DNA of 64,000 nt. Origin: an uncultured Alphaproteobacteria bacterium. Lineage in GTDB: Bacteria > Pseudomonadota > Alphaproteobacteria > HIMB59 > GCA-002718135. Of this stretch, positions 36,882 through 46,402 are shown piece after piece (positions within the stretch are counted from its first letter, which is position 1; every line of letters starts with the position of its first letter). The notes under the pieces are model-generated. The model was given only the letters and a program-made list of their open reading frames with translations, was not told the origin of the DNA and ran no database searches. The DNA lies in the NCBI GenBank assembly GCA_902615745.1, contig CACMQB010000003.1, positions 40,041-104,040 of the forward strand, read 5' to 3'. The translations under genes were made by a program, and so were the position numbers.

Positions 36882-37473
36882 CCGATTTATTTTCGGCTGC
36901 TTTTTCCTCTTCTTTAGTAGATTCCTCTGCAGCTTCTGCTTTAGATTCTTCTGCTGGTTTGGCTTCTGCTTCTTCTGCTTTTGTCTCTGCTTGTTTTGCT
37001 TCTACCTCTTCAGCTTTTGGTTCCTCTGCAGCATTTGTATCTGTATCTGGAGTTTTTGTTTCTTCTACCGGAGGAGCTTCCTCTATATATTCATATTGAT
37101 CGGCTTCATCTCCCCTATCTTTATCTGCGATCCTTGCTTTCTTTCCAGATAATTCTCTTAGATAATATAGCTTAGCTCTTCTTACATCGCCTTTTCTAAC
37201 AACTTCAATTTTTTCTACTAATGGACTGAATAAAGGGAATACTCTTTCAACACCCTCTCCATGAGATATTTTTCTCACAGTAAAGTTAGAGTTTACTGAA
37301 TTATTTTTTCTTGCAATACAAATACCTTCAAACGCTTGAAGTCTCGACTTACTTCCCTCTGTAATTCTTACAGTAACTTTTAAAGTATCACCTGGACGAA
37401 AAGCAGGAACTCTTTTTTTTGAAGTTAACTTTTCAATCTGTTGTTTTTCAAATGTCTCTAATAAATTACTCAT
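36868..37473 (-). CDS. rplS: 50S ribosomal protein L19 with a long acidic C-terminal tail
   Basis: [22 protein letters not shown] and [10 protein letters not shown] motifs, followed by about 80 E/A/K-rich residues. Confidence 0.97.
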   Translation of the reverse strand: MSNLLETFEKQQIEKLTSKKRVPAFRPGDTLKVTVRITEGSKSRLQAFEGICIARKNNSVNSNFTVRKISHGEGVERVFPLFSPLVEKIEVVRKGDVRRAKLYYLRELSGKKARIADKDRGDEADQYEYIEEAPPVEETKTPDTDTNAAEEPKAEEVEAKQAETKAEEAEAKPAEESKAEAAEESTKEEEKAAENKSDDNK

Positions 37474-37474
37474 T

Positions 37475-38173
37475 TTATATTTCCTTTTTATAAAGATCTG
37501 GTCTTAATTCTTTAGTTTTTTCAACCGATTTTTCTTTTCTCCATTTACCAATTTTTTCATGATGACCTGATGTTAAAACATCTGGAACTTCATGTTTATT
37601 TCCCTGAATATCTTCCCAGGTTTGCGGTCTGGTATAATGAGGATATTCAAGAAGATTATTAGAAAAAGATTCTTCTAATAAACTTTGTGGCTGCCCTAAT
37701 ACTCCAGGAATGAGACGAATACAACCTTCAACTAACACCTGGGCAGCAATCTCACCACCAGATAGGACGTAATCACCGATACTTATTTCCTGAAAATCAA
37801 GAATTTCTATAGCTCTTTGGTCAACCCCTTCAAATCTACCGCATAAAATAAGCATTTCATCATGTTTTGATAGATTATTAAGTTTGGCTTGAGATAATTT
37901 CTGACCTGACGGTGTTAGAAAAATTTTGCAGTAATTATCGGTTTTGAAAGTGATTGAATTTAATGCTTTTTCAATCACATCTGGACGAATAACCATTCCA
38001 GGTCCTCCCCCAAAAGGTTCATCATCAACACTTCCTCTTTTGTCAATTCCAAAATTATGTAGATTGACTATCTCGAGAGAAAATTTTTTATTGTTTAATG
38101 CATTTCCGATTACAGAATATCCTAGTGAACCAGGGAACATCTCAGGATAACAAGTTAAAATTACTACTCTCAT
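37475..38173 (-). CDS. trmD: tRNA (guanine-37-N1) methyltransferase
   Basis: [32 protein letters not shown] and LEYPHYTRP motifs. ATG at 38173 chosen; TTG at 38182 is possible. Confidence 0.96.
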   Translation of the reverse strand: MRVVILTCYPEMFPGSLGYSVIGNALNNKKFSLEIVNLHNFGIDKRGSVDDEPFGGGPGMVIRPDVIEKALNSITFKTDNYCKIFLTPSGQKLSQAKLNNLSKHDEMLILCGRFEGVDQRAIEILDFQEISIGDYVLSGGEIAAQVLVEGCIRLIPGVLGQPQSLLEESFSNNLLEYPHYTRPQTWEDIQGNKHEVPDVLTSGHHEKIGKWRKEKSVEKTKELRPDLYKKEI

Positions 38174-38174
38174 T

Positions 38175-38681
38175 TTAATCAAGAATACCAGGTATTGGAT
38201 CAGCTAAGATTTCTTTTTTATTAATATTAACTGATAAAATATTTGTTTTATCAAAAGGTATAAGAATAAGTTTGGTATTATATTTGACTTCTAATAAATC
38301 ACCTGCCCCAAAATTTTGAACACTTAAAACTTTTCCAATACTAGTATTGTCTTTCAAGAAAATCATGCATTCGATTAGATCGTTTATGTAAAACTCATTA
38401 TCTTTTGTTTTTGGAAAAAATTTCTTATTTGAAAAAATTTTTTGACCTTTAAGCTCTAAAACATCTTCTCTAGAAAAGTATTTTTCAACTTGAACAACAC
38501 ACTTATTATTTTTGAATAAAATATTTTTAAAATTCCAAGCAACTGAACCATCAAAATTATAATAGTTCTTTAAATTTTTAAAAACTTCAAACGAGGTAGT
38601 CATCATATTAACTTTTATTTCACCTTTTAATCCTACAGGAGATCCAAACTGACCAACAAGAATAATATCTTTATTACTCAA
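38175..38681 (-). CDS. rimM: 16S rRNA processing protein RimM
   Basis: GLKGEIKV, EFYINDLI, NFGAGDLLEV and IPF motifs; between rpsP and trmD. Confidence 0.93.
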   Translation of the reverse strand: MSNKDIILVGQFGSPVGLKGEIKVNMMTTSFEVFKNLKNYYNFDGSVAWNFKNILFKNNKCVVQVEKYFSREDVLELKGQKIFSNKKFFPKTKDNEFYINDLIECMIFLKDNTSIGKVLSVQNFGAGDLLEVKYNTKLILIPFDKTNILSVNINKKEILADPIPGILD

Positions 38682-38695
38682 AGCAAAAATTGATT

Positions 38696-39436
38696 TTATT
38701 CTTTTTTATCTTCTGCTTCTTCTGCTTTTGGTTCTTCAGCAGGTTGTGCATCTTCAGCTGGCTTAGCTTCTGCTTCTTCTGCTTTTGGTTCTTCAGCAGG
38801 TTGTGCATCTTCAGCTGGCTTAGCTTCTGCTTCTTCTGCTTTTGGTTCTTCAGCAGGTTGTGCATCTTCAGCTGGCTTAGCTTCTGCTTCTTCTGCTTTT
38901 GGTTCTTCAGCAGGTTGTGCATCTTCAGCTGGCTTAGCTTCTGCTTCTTCTGCTTTTGGTTCTTCAGCAGGTTGTGCATCTTCAGCTGGCTTAGCTTCTG
39001 CTTCTTCTGCTTTTGGTTCTTCAGCAGGTTGTGCATCTTCAGCTGGCTTAGCTTCTGCTTCTTCTGCTTTTGGTTCTTCTGCTGCAGCTTTCGCAGCTTC
39101 TTCTTTTTCTTTAGCAGCAGCCAAACGTTCCTGTGCTTTTTTCTTAGGTAGATGTTTTTTTGTTTTTTCAGTAATAACTGGTTTTTCCATCACACCAAGA
39201 TTACTAAGAAAAATAGAAATTCTATCTGATGGTTTTGCTCCTTTTGCAATCCATTCCTTAGCTTTGTCTAAATCCATTTTAACTCTATCAGCGCTATCCT
39301 TTGGAAGCATTGGGTTATAAGTTCCGATTTGATCTATAAATTTTCCATCTCTCGCTCTTCTAGAATCAGCAACTACTATTCTATAAAATGGTCTTTTCTT
39401 TGCACCACCTCTTGATAATCTTATTCTTACTGGCAT
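38696..39436 (-). CDS. rpsP: 30S ribosomal protein S16 with a tandem-repeat acidic tail
   Basis: [22 protein letters not shown] and GAKPSDR motifs; C-terminal 19-aa repeats. Confidence 0.97.
   Translation of the reverse strand: MPVRIRLSRGGAKKRPFYRIVVADSRRARDGKFIDQIGTYNPMLPKDSADRVKMDLDKAKEWIAKGAKPSDRISIFLSNLGVMEKPVITEKTKKHLPKKKAQERLAAAKEKEEAAKAAAEEPKAEEAEAKPAEDAQPAEEPKAEEAEAKPAEDAQPAEEPKAEEAEAKPAEDAQPAEEPKAEEAEAKPAEDAQPAEEPKAEEAEAKPAEDAQPAEEPKAEEAEAKPAEDAQPAEEPKAEEAEDKKE
38710..39079 (-). repeat. Perfect 57-bp tandem repeat (6 full copies plus about half) encoding [19 protein letters not shown]
   Basis: Units start at + strand positions 38711, 38768, 38825, 38882, 38939, 38996 and 39053 (partial); the copies read identical. 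Confidence 0.97.
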
Positions 39437-39448
39437 TTTATTTCCCTT

Positions 39449-40813
39449 CTAATTTATGTTTGGAGGAAGATTTCCTTGTAATTTTTGCATTAAATCACTG
39501 GGAATTCCTCCTTTGCCCATTGATTTCATTCTCTTCATCATTTTTTGTGATTGGAGAAACTGTTTTAATAACCTGTTAACGTCTTGAACTTTTGTTCCAG
39601 ATCCTTTTGAAATTCTAATTTTACGTGAAGCCTTTATAATATCTGGATCAGCCCTTTCTTTTTTTGTCATTGAACTGATTATAGCTATTTGTTTATCAAT
39701 CATTGAATTAGAAATTTTATTTTCTGCCATTAACTTCTGTGCCTTTGAAACACCTGGCATCATAGAAAGTAAACCGGAGACTCCACCCATTTTACCCATT
39801 TGCTTTAATTGATTGGCAAAATCTTCAAGATCAAATTTTCCTTTAGCGATCTTTTTTGCCATATCTTCCATTTCTTCTTTATCAATATTTTCAGCAGCCT
39901 TTTCGACAAGCGATACAATATCTCCCATACCTAAAATTCTTTGTGCAATTCTTTCAGGATGGAAAGGTTCAAAATTTTCTACTTTTTCACCTAGTCCTAT
40001 AAATTTAATAGGAGAGTTTGTTATCGATTTAATTGATAGTGCTGCACCACCTCTGCTATCACCATCTATTCGAGTTAAAATTGATCCAGTAATATTTATT
40101 GCATCACTAAAACTTTTAGCTACATTTGCAGCATCTTGTCCTGTTAGAGCATCTGCTACTAATAATGTTTCGTCAGGTTTAAACTTATTTTCAATTTCTA
40201 TTAATTCACTCATTAACTTTTTATCTATAACTTGTCGTCCAGCAGTATCTAAAATAAGAATATCAAATAAATTTTTTTGAGCATAGTCTATGGAATCATC
40301 AACGATCTTACTGGCTGATGATAGATTGTGATTAAAGAAATCTGATCCGGTTTCTTCAGCTAATACTTTTAATTGTTCTTGTGCTGCTGGTCGATAAATG
40401 TCTGCTGATGCTAGTAAAATTTTTTTCTTTGAAGACTTCTTTAACAAATAGGAAAGTTTGGCAATTGATGTTGTTTTCCCAGATCCCTGTAATCCACAAA
40501 ACAATATTTTAGTTAATTGAGACGAAGATAAATTTAGAGATTTATTTTCTGATCCAAGAATTTTTACAAGCTCATCTTGCACAAGCTTTATGATCATTTG
40601 ATCTGGCTTAACAGATTTGAGAATTTCTTTTCCTAAAATGTTTGACTTGATGGAATTTATAAATTCTTTTACTACAACTAAGGAAACGTCTGCCTCTAAC
40701 AGAGCAATTCTAATTTCACGTAATGTAACTTCAAGATCTGTTTCTGATATAACAGCCTTACCCCGAATACTTTGAACAATTTTTTCAAATTTTGTGTTCA
40801 GTGTATCAAACAT
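39449..40813 (-). CDS. ffh: Signal recognition particle protein Ffh
   Basis: GLQGSGKTT, DTAGR, RILGMGD and a Met-rich M domain. ATG at 40813 (MFDTL) with a GGAG SD; the ORF-track extension reads through the RNA leader. Confidence 0.97.
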   Translation of the reverse strand: MFDTLNTKFEKIVQSIRGKAVISETDLEVTLREIRIALLEADVSLVVVKEFINSIKSNILGKEILKSVKPDQMIIKLVQDELVKILGSENKSLNLSSSQLTKILFCGLQGSGKTTSIAKLSYLLKKSSKKKILLASADIYRPAAQEQLKVLAEETGSDFFNHNLSSASKIVDDSIDYAQKNLFDILILDTAGRQVIDKKLMSELIEIENKFKPDETLLVADALTGQDAANVAKSFSDAINITGSILTRIDGDSRGGAALSIKSITNSPIKFIGLGEKVENFEPFHPERIAQRILGMGDIVSLVEKAAENIDKEEMEDMAKKIAKGKFDLEDFANQLKQMGKMGGVSGLLSMMPGVSKAQKLMAENKISNSMIDKQIAIISSMTKKERADPDIIKASRKIRISKGSGTKVQDVNRLLKQFLQSQKMMKRMKSMGKGGIPSDLMQKLQGNLPPNIN

Positions 40814-40915
40814 AAATCTCCAATAGCCTTTTAACTCCAGGGCACGAAACTCGTGGGCTAGAGTACCTATCACAATTGTAACAAGCTCAATTCGTTTACA
40901 AATATAGGATTTGTT
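40814..40915 (-). promoter_or_regulatory. Structured ffh 5' leader (probable alphaproteobacterial ffh RNA motif)
   Basis: On the - strand: CUCUAG-CC-CACGA-GUU-UCGUG-CC-CUGGAG hairpin just before the SD, plus CCUAU/AUAGG and UUGUAA/UUACAA stems. Promoter candidate TTGACT (40950-40945), 17 bp, TAGAGG (40927-40922). Confidence 0.7.
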
Positions 40916-41010
40916 GGTGTCCCTCTATTAGCTGAATAATTGAAAGTCAAGTATTCTTAAATTTCCCATATTTACTGAGATTTATCGATAAATTAGGTTA
41001 TAAAACAAAT

Positions 41011-41829
41011 ATGCAAAAAGTAGACTTTATAAAGATGCATGGACTTGGGAATGATTTTGTTATCATAGATAAAAGGTCTAACAATATCGCAATTACTGAA
41101 GATATTATTAAAAGACTCAGTGACAGAAGAACTGGGGCAGGGTGTGATCAATTAATCACAATTAATAATACAAGTAATCAAAGTGCTGATGCTGAAATTG
41201 AAATTTTTAATCCTGGTGGTGATAGAGCCGAAGCTTGTGGTAATGGAACACGCTGCGTGGCAAAAATACTATTTGATGAAGATTCAAATAAAGAAATTTT
41301 AAAAATTCAATCTGATGCAGGCATATTAGAATCAAAAAAAATAGATAACAATATAAGTGTCAATATGGGTTCAATAAAAAATACTTGGGATAAAATTCCT
41401 TTAAGTAAAGAAGTCGATACAATGAATATACCAATCTCAATTGATGGATATAGTAATGGAGTTGCTGTTAATGTAGGTAATCCACATGTAGTTTTTTTTG
41501 GAAAATCGATCAAAGATACAGATCTTAAAAGTATAGGTCCTATAATAGAAAATAATGAGCTCTTTCCAAAAAAAACTAATGTTGAAATAGTTGAAGTTAT
41601 TAATTCAAATTTAATTGAAATGAGGGTTTGGGAACGTGGAGTTGGAATCACGTTAGCTTGTGGTAGTGGTGCCTGTGCGGCTGTATATGCGGCGTGGAAA
41701 AAAGGATTGATTGAAAATAACGCCGAAGTGAAACTTGAAAAAGGTTCACTGCACATAAATATAATTAATAATGAATCTATTATGACAGGACCTGCAGAAA
41801 TAAGTTATCGGGGTAGTTTAGAAATATAA
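41011..41829 (+). CDS. dapF: Diaminopimelate epimerase
   Basis: KMHGLGNDF, ACGNGTRC, GNPH and ERGVGITLACGSGAC motifs. Confidence 0.97.
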   Translation: MQKVDFIKMHGLGNDFVIIDKRSNNIAITEDIIKRLSDRRTGAGCDQLITINNTSNQSADAEIEIFNPGGDRAEACGNGTRCVAKILFDEDSNKEILKIQSDAGILESKKIDNNISVNMGSIKNTWDKIPLSKEVDTMNIPISIDGYSNGVAVNVGNPHVVFFGKSIKDTDLKSIGPIIENNELFPKKTNVEIVEVINSNLIEMRVWERGVGITLACGSGACAAVYAAWKKGLIENNAEVKLEKGSLHINIINNESIMTGPAEISYRGSLEI

Positions 41830-41832
41830 TTT

Positions 41833-43092
41833 ATGAAAAATAAAAACTACGTAGTCAATCTAGGTTGTAGATTGAATATTTATGAAGGTGAAATTATTAA
41901 AAACCATCTTAAAACAAATAATTTAAATAATGTTACAGTCATAAACTCATGTGCAGTAACTGAAGAAGCTGAGAAAAAAGTTTCTTATGAAATTAGAAAG
42001 GCAAAAAAAAATTTTCCTAATAATAAAATAGTAGTTACAGGATGTGCGGCTCAAATCAATCCATTAAAATATAAAGATTTAAAAGAAGTAGACTCAGTAA
42101 TTGGGAACACAGAAAAATTAGAAACTTTAACATGGAAAAATATCGATCAGTCTAAAAATCTTAAAGTAGGAAATATATTAGAAGAAAGTAAAACAGTACC
42201 TAATTCAATTGAAAAATTTGAAGGAAAATCGAGAGCTTATATTGAAATACAACAAGGTTGTAACCATCGCTGTACTTTTTGTATTATTCCATTTGGCAGG
42301 GGCAATAATAGAAGTGTACCTGCTGGAGAGATAGTAAATAAAATAAAAAAAATTGTTAGCAATGGATATAATGAAGTAGTCTTAACAGGAGTAGATATAA
42401 CTGATTATGGAAAAGATCTTCCAGCAAAACCTACTTTTTCTAATTTAATTAAAAGAATTCTAAAATTAGTACCTGAATTAAGACAACTGCGTTTGTCTTC
42501 AATTGACTGCGCTGAAATAGATGAAGATTTTTGGGATGTTTTAAAGGACGAAAGATTGATGCCTCATTTTCATATAAGTTTACAAGCTGGAAACAATTTA
42601 ATTTTGAAAAGAATGAAAAGAAGACATTCAAGGGAAATGGCAATTAATTTTTGTAAGAAAGTTTTATCTATTAGGAAAGATGCAACATTTGGTGCTGATA
42701 TAATTGCCGGTTTTCCAACAGAAACAGAAACGATGTTTCAAGATTCAATTAAACTAGTTGATGAGTGTAATTTAACTCATCTTCATATTTTTCCTTATTC
42801 ACCAAGAGAAAACACTCCTGCATCTAGAATGCCTCAAGTTCAAAAAAATATTATCAAAGATAGAGCAAGAAGACTTAGAGAAAGAGGTATGGAAAAATTA
42901 AAACAACATTTAAAAAAAAATATTGGAAAGAAGGAACAAATTTTAATTGAAAGTAGAAAAGAAAATTTTTCACTTGGAAAAGATCAGCATTTTTTAAAAG
43001 TAAAACTTAAAGAAGGGTTTAAAGAGGGAAATATAATTTCCTGTATATACACAGGCGTAGAAAATGATACGTTATTAGCAAGAATAGCATGA
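41833..43092 (+). CDS. mtaB: tRNA methylthiotransferase MtaB (radical SAM)
   Basis: GCRLN..E, NSCAVT, VTGCAAQ and CNHRCTFC motifs; dapF-mtaB-ftsY synteny. Confidence 0.93.
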   Translation: MKNKNYVVNLGCRLNIYEGEIIKNHLKTNNLNNVTVINSCAVTEEAEKKVSYEIRKAKKNFPNNKIVVTGCAAQINPLKYKDLKEVDSVIGNTEKLETLTWKNIDQSKNLKVGNILEESKTVPNSIEKFEGKSRAYIEIQQGCNHRCTFCIIPFGRGNNRSVPAGEIVNKIKKIVSNGYNEVVLTGVDITDYGKDLPAKPTFSNLIKRILKLVPELRQLRLSSIDCAEIDEDFWDVLKDERLMPHFHISLQAGNNLILKRMKRRHSREMAINFCKKVLSIRKDATFGADIIAGFPTETETMFQDSIKLVDECNLTHLHIFPYSPRENTPASRMPQVQKNIIKDRARRLRERGMEKLKQHLKKNIGKKEQILIESRKENFSLGKDQHFLKVKLKEGFKEGNIISCIYTGVENDTLLARIA

Positions 43093-44009
43093 GTTTGTTC
43101 TCAATATTTAAAGATAAGTTAAGCAAAACCTCAAATATACTTTCTTTTAATATTGTAGAGATTTTAAAAAACAAAAAAATAGACGATTTAACTTTAGAAG
43201 AATTAGAAAATGTTCTTATTTCATCTGATATTAGTTTGGATGTTGTAAATCAGCTAATAGATTCTATAAAAAAAATAAAAATTTCAAATGATGATGGAAT
43301 AAAAAATGTACTAGAAATCTTAGCTCAAAATATAGAAAATATATTACTTCCAAGAGAACATGTTCTGATAAATGAAAAAAATGATGAAAAAAAAATATTA
43401 ATTTTTGTTGGGGTAAACGGAAGTGGAAAGACAACCACTATTGGTAAAATTGCAAATAAAATTTTATCAAATAAAAAAATTCTGATTGCGGCTTGTGATA
43501 CATTTAGGGCAGCAGCTGTTGAGCAGTTGGAAAATTGGGCGAAAAAAAACAATAATGGTTTTATTGCTGGAAAAAGTAATCAAGATCCAGCAAGCGTAGC
43601 GTATCAGGCAACTGAAGAATTTGGAAAAGAAAATTATGATTTTTTACTTATAGATACTGCTGGAAGATTATCAAATAATACTAATCTCATTAATCAGCTA
43701 ATTAAATTGAAGAATGTTATCTCAAAAGTTAATTCCTCTTTTAATATTGAAACTGTGTTAGTTTTAGATGGAACGAATGGTTCGAACATGATTAAGCAAG
43801 TGGAAATCTTTGGAAATGAACTTAATGTATCAAGCCTTATAATAACTAAATTGGATGGAACAGCAAAAGGAGGAGCATTAATTTCAATTGCAAATAAATT
43901 TGAAATCCCTATAAGTTATGTTGGTCTTGGAGAAAGTATTGAGGACCTTGTAACCTTTAATTCTCAAAACTTTGCTAGGTCTATTTTAAATCTAGAAGAA
44001 CAAAAATGA
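43089..44009 (+). CDS. ftsY: SRP receptor FtsY (short form, no acidic A domain)
   Basis: GVNGSGKTT, DTFRAAA, DTAGR and TKLDGTAKGG motifs. Confidence 0.96.
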   Translation: MSLFSIFKDKLSKTSNILSFNIVEILKNKKIDDLTLEELENVLISSDISLDVVNQLIDSIKKIKISNDDGIKNVLEILAQNIENILLPREHVLINEKNDEKKILIFVGVNGSGKTTTIGKIANKILSNKKILIAACDTFRAAAVEQLENWAKKNNNGFIAGKSNQDPASVAYQATEEFGKENYDFLLIDTAGRLSNNTNLINQLIKLKNVISKVNSSFNIETVLVLDGTNGSNMIKQVEIFGNELNVSSLIITKLDGTAKGGALISIANKFEIPISYVGLGESIEDLVTFNSQNFARSILNLEEQK

Positions 44010-44545
44010 AGTCAGTTTATAAATTATTAATTGATATAGGACCGCTTGCAGTATTCTTTATTTTTTATACAAGAAGTGGCCTTCAAGAGGCAATACTTCC
44101 TCTTATGATTGCAACTGTAATTTCAGTAATCATTTCATATATACTTGAGAAAAAAATACCAATTATGCCAACTCTTGGGGCTGCGATTGTATTAATATTT
44201 GGAGGTCTAACAATTTATTTTGACAATGAAATTTTTATTAAAATGAAACCAACAATAATAAATATGGTCTTCGCATTAATTTTATATGGAGGAGTGATTG
44301 TTAAAAAACCTCTTTTAAAGTATCTTTTAGGTGCTGCGCTTAAACTAGAAGAAGATGGATGGAAAATATTAACTCAAAGATGGATTGCTTTTTTTGTTGC
44401 ACTTGCTGTTTTAAATGAAATTGTTTGGAGAACACAAAGTACTGATGTTTGGGTAAATTTTAAAGTTTTTGGCATCTTGCCAATTACGTTTATTTTTACG
44501 ATGACACAATTCCCTTTAATTAAAAAATATCAAATTGAAGATTAA
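44006..44545 (+). CDS. ispZ: Inner membrane protein YciB/IspZ
   Basis: GPLAVFF, FGGLT, FIKMKPTI and WVNFKVFG motifs. Confidence 0.92.
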   Translation: MKSVYKLLIDIGPLAVFFIFYTRSGLQEAILPLMIATVISVIISYILEKKIPIMPTLGAAIVLIFGGLTIYFDNEIFIKMKPTIINMVFALILYGGVIVKKPLLKYLLGAALKLEEDGWKILTQRWIAFFVALAVLNEIVWRTQSTDVWVNFKVFGILPITFIFTMTQFPLIKKYQIED

Positions 44546-44546
44546 G

Positions 44547-45743
44547 TTAAAAATTGTTTTCTCTTAATGCTATAAATCCTGGTGATTTATTTCCCTCAAG
44601 CCACTCTAAAAATGCACCCCCAGCTGTAGATAAATATTTAAATCCATCATTGGCTTTAGCTTTTTTTATTGCTGCAAGTGTATCTCCTCCTCCTGCTAGA
44701 GCATCTAATTGAGATTTGCTTGAATAATTTTGTATAATATTTGCAACTGAAATTGTACTTTTATCAAATGGACTATACTCAAATGCGCCTAAAGGCCCAT
44801 TCCATAAAATTGATTTAGATTTTAATATTTCATCTGAGATTAGTCTAGTTGTTTGTTCACCAACGTCTAATATCATTTGGTCATTTGGAATATTATTGAT
44901 TGAATAAGTATTAACATTTACTCTATCTTTTATTGTTTTTGAGCAAACAGCATCAATTGGTAAAAGTATTTTGCAATTTTTTGATTCTGCTTTTTTTTGT
45001 ATCTTTTTTGATAGTTCAATAAAATCATTTTCTACCAGAGAAGAACCAACGTTAAAATTATTTGATAGCAAAAAGGTATTAGCCATTGCACCACCAATCA
45101 CTAAAGAGTCAAAAATTTCAACTAAATTTTCTAAAACTTTTATTTTTGTTGAAACCTTTGAGCCGCCTATAATGGCTAAATTTGGTTTATTTGAATTTTC
45201 TAAAAATTTATCTAAATTTTCAATTACTTTTGAGAAACTTAAACCAGCGTATGAAGGCAAGTATTTAGTAATACCTACTATAGATGCATGATTACGATGA
45301 GAGGCAGAAAACGCGTCGTTAATATATATGTCAAAACTAGAAGCTAATAATTTTGAAAAATTAAGATCATTTTTTTCTTCTTCAGCATTAAAACGAATAT
45401 TTTCTAATAGACAAATTTCACCCATGTCCATTTCAGCAATTTTTGTCTCAATTATTTTTTTCTCATAGTTAGCTAAAAAATGAATTGTGTTTAAATTTAA
45501 AAATTTTTTTAATTCTGAACATAAAAACTCAATGGAATATGTTTTATTAACTTTACCTTTAGGTCGGCCAAAATGAGCAATTAAGAATATCTTATTTTTG
45601 TTTTTAATTAGTTTTTCTAGTGTTGGCAAAATAGCATGAATTCTTGAATGATCTGTAATTGTCCCTTCCAAAACTGGTACGTTTAAATCAACTCGAACAA
45701 TTATTTTTTTATTTTTACAGTCTAGATCTCTTAATTCTTTCAT
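44547..45743 (-). CDS. pgk: Phosphoglycerate kinase
   Basis: RVDLNVP, HFGRPKG, WNGPLG, GGGDT and STAGGAFLE motifs. Confidence 0.96.
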   Translation of the reverse strand: MKELRDLDCKNKKIIVRVDLNVPVLEGTITDHSRIHAILPTLEKLIKNKNKIFLIAHFGRPKGKVNKTYSIEFLCSELKKFLNLNTIHFLANYEKKIIETKIAEMDMGEICLLENIRFNAEEEKNDLNFSKLLASSFDIYINDAFSASHRNHASIVGITKYLPSYAGLSFSKVIENLDKFLENSNKPNLAIIGGSKVSTKIKVLENLVEIFDSLVIGGAMANTFLLSNNFNVGSSLVENDFIELSKKIQKKAESKNCKILLPIDAVCSKTIKDRVNVNTYSINNIPNDQMILDVGEQTTRLISDEILKSKSILWNGPLGAFEYSPFDKSTISVANIIQNYSSKSQLDALAGGGDTLAAIKKAKANDGFKYLSTAGGAFLEWLEGNKSPGFIALRENNF

Positions 45744-45837
45744 TTCTATTCACATGTATATAAAAAAAATGCTAGAAATCATTGATTTTTTTTAAAAATT
45801 TGCAGTTTTATCTTTTTTAATACATATATTTAGTATA

Positions 45838-45852
45838 TTAAACCTTTTTTAA
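45838..45852. promoter_or_regulatory. Candidate CtrA box (TTAA-N7-TTAA) upstream of gcrA
   Basis: TTAA-ACCTTTT-TTAA about 30 bp before the gcrA start. The AT-rich background makes chance matches likely. Confidence 0.4.
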
Positions 45853-45881
45853 GCTACTAAATGTAGTAATGGAGTTTGATT

Positions 45882-46352
45882 ATGCCTTGGGATGATAATA
45901 ATGTAGCAAAACTTAGAGATTTATGGGACCAAGGTCTACCAACAGCTCAAATTGGAAAATTATTAGGTTTCACCAAAAACGCAGTGGTTGGAAAAGCTCA
46001 TAGAATTGGACTCGAGAGAAGACCATCACCTATAAGAAGAACAGCTGTTAAGCCTGATCGAAAAAAAGCTAGATCTCCAGTAATGCCAAAATTAAATTTT
46101 GAAAGCACCAAAGAACCAGAGATTGTCTCTACAGAACCTGCTGTTTTCCAACCGGTGGTTAAAAATATATTTACAGCTGCTCCAAAGAGAGGTTGTGAAT
46201 GGCCTGAAGGTCATCCCGATGAAGCTGACTTTCGTTTTTGTGGTAAAGATAGATTTGAAGATAAGCCTTATTGTTTAGATCATTGTGCTGTTGCATATGT
46301 TGTTCCTGAAAAAGAAGAAAACGAAAAGACAGAATTAAATAATACGATTTAA
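45882..46352 (+). CDS. gcrA: GcrA cell-cycle regulator
   Basis: W....LRDLW.QG....IG..LG.TKNAVVGKAHRIGL at the N-terminus; CEWP.G.P....F.FCG...PYC..H C-terminal domain; GGAG SD. Confidence 0.93.
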   Translation: MPWDDNNVAKLRDLWDQGLPTAQIGKLLGFTKNAVVGKAHRIGLERRPSPIRRTAVKPDRKKARSPVMPKLNFESTKEPEIVSTEPAVFQPVVKNIFTAAPKRGCEWPEGHPDEADFRFCGKDRFEDKPYCLDHCAVAYVVPEKEENEKTELNNTI

Positions 46353-46402
46353 TAATAATAAAAATTCTAGAAATAAAAATTCTTCCTGTTATCTAATAAA
46401 AT

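Noticed and set aside
38710-39079. Regular repeats as a possible CRISPR array
   Set aside because: Head-to-tail identical 57-bp units with no spacers, in frame within rpsP, and no cas genes in the window.
38674-39151. Alternative-frame ORFs over the S16 repeat (38674-39036 on -, basic; 38690-39151 on +, Phe/Cys-rich)
   Set aside because: A stop-free 57-bp unit repeated in phase produces long ORFs automatically; no SD or frameshift signal seen.
40814-40873. 20-aa N-terminal extension of Ffh in the ORF track (similar extensions for priA, acnA, sdhC, dusA and DUF484)
   Set aside because: The extensions lack family-like sequence, and downstream ATGs match the family N-termini. The ffh extension overlaps the RNA leader.
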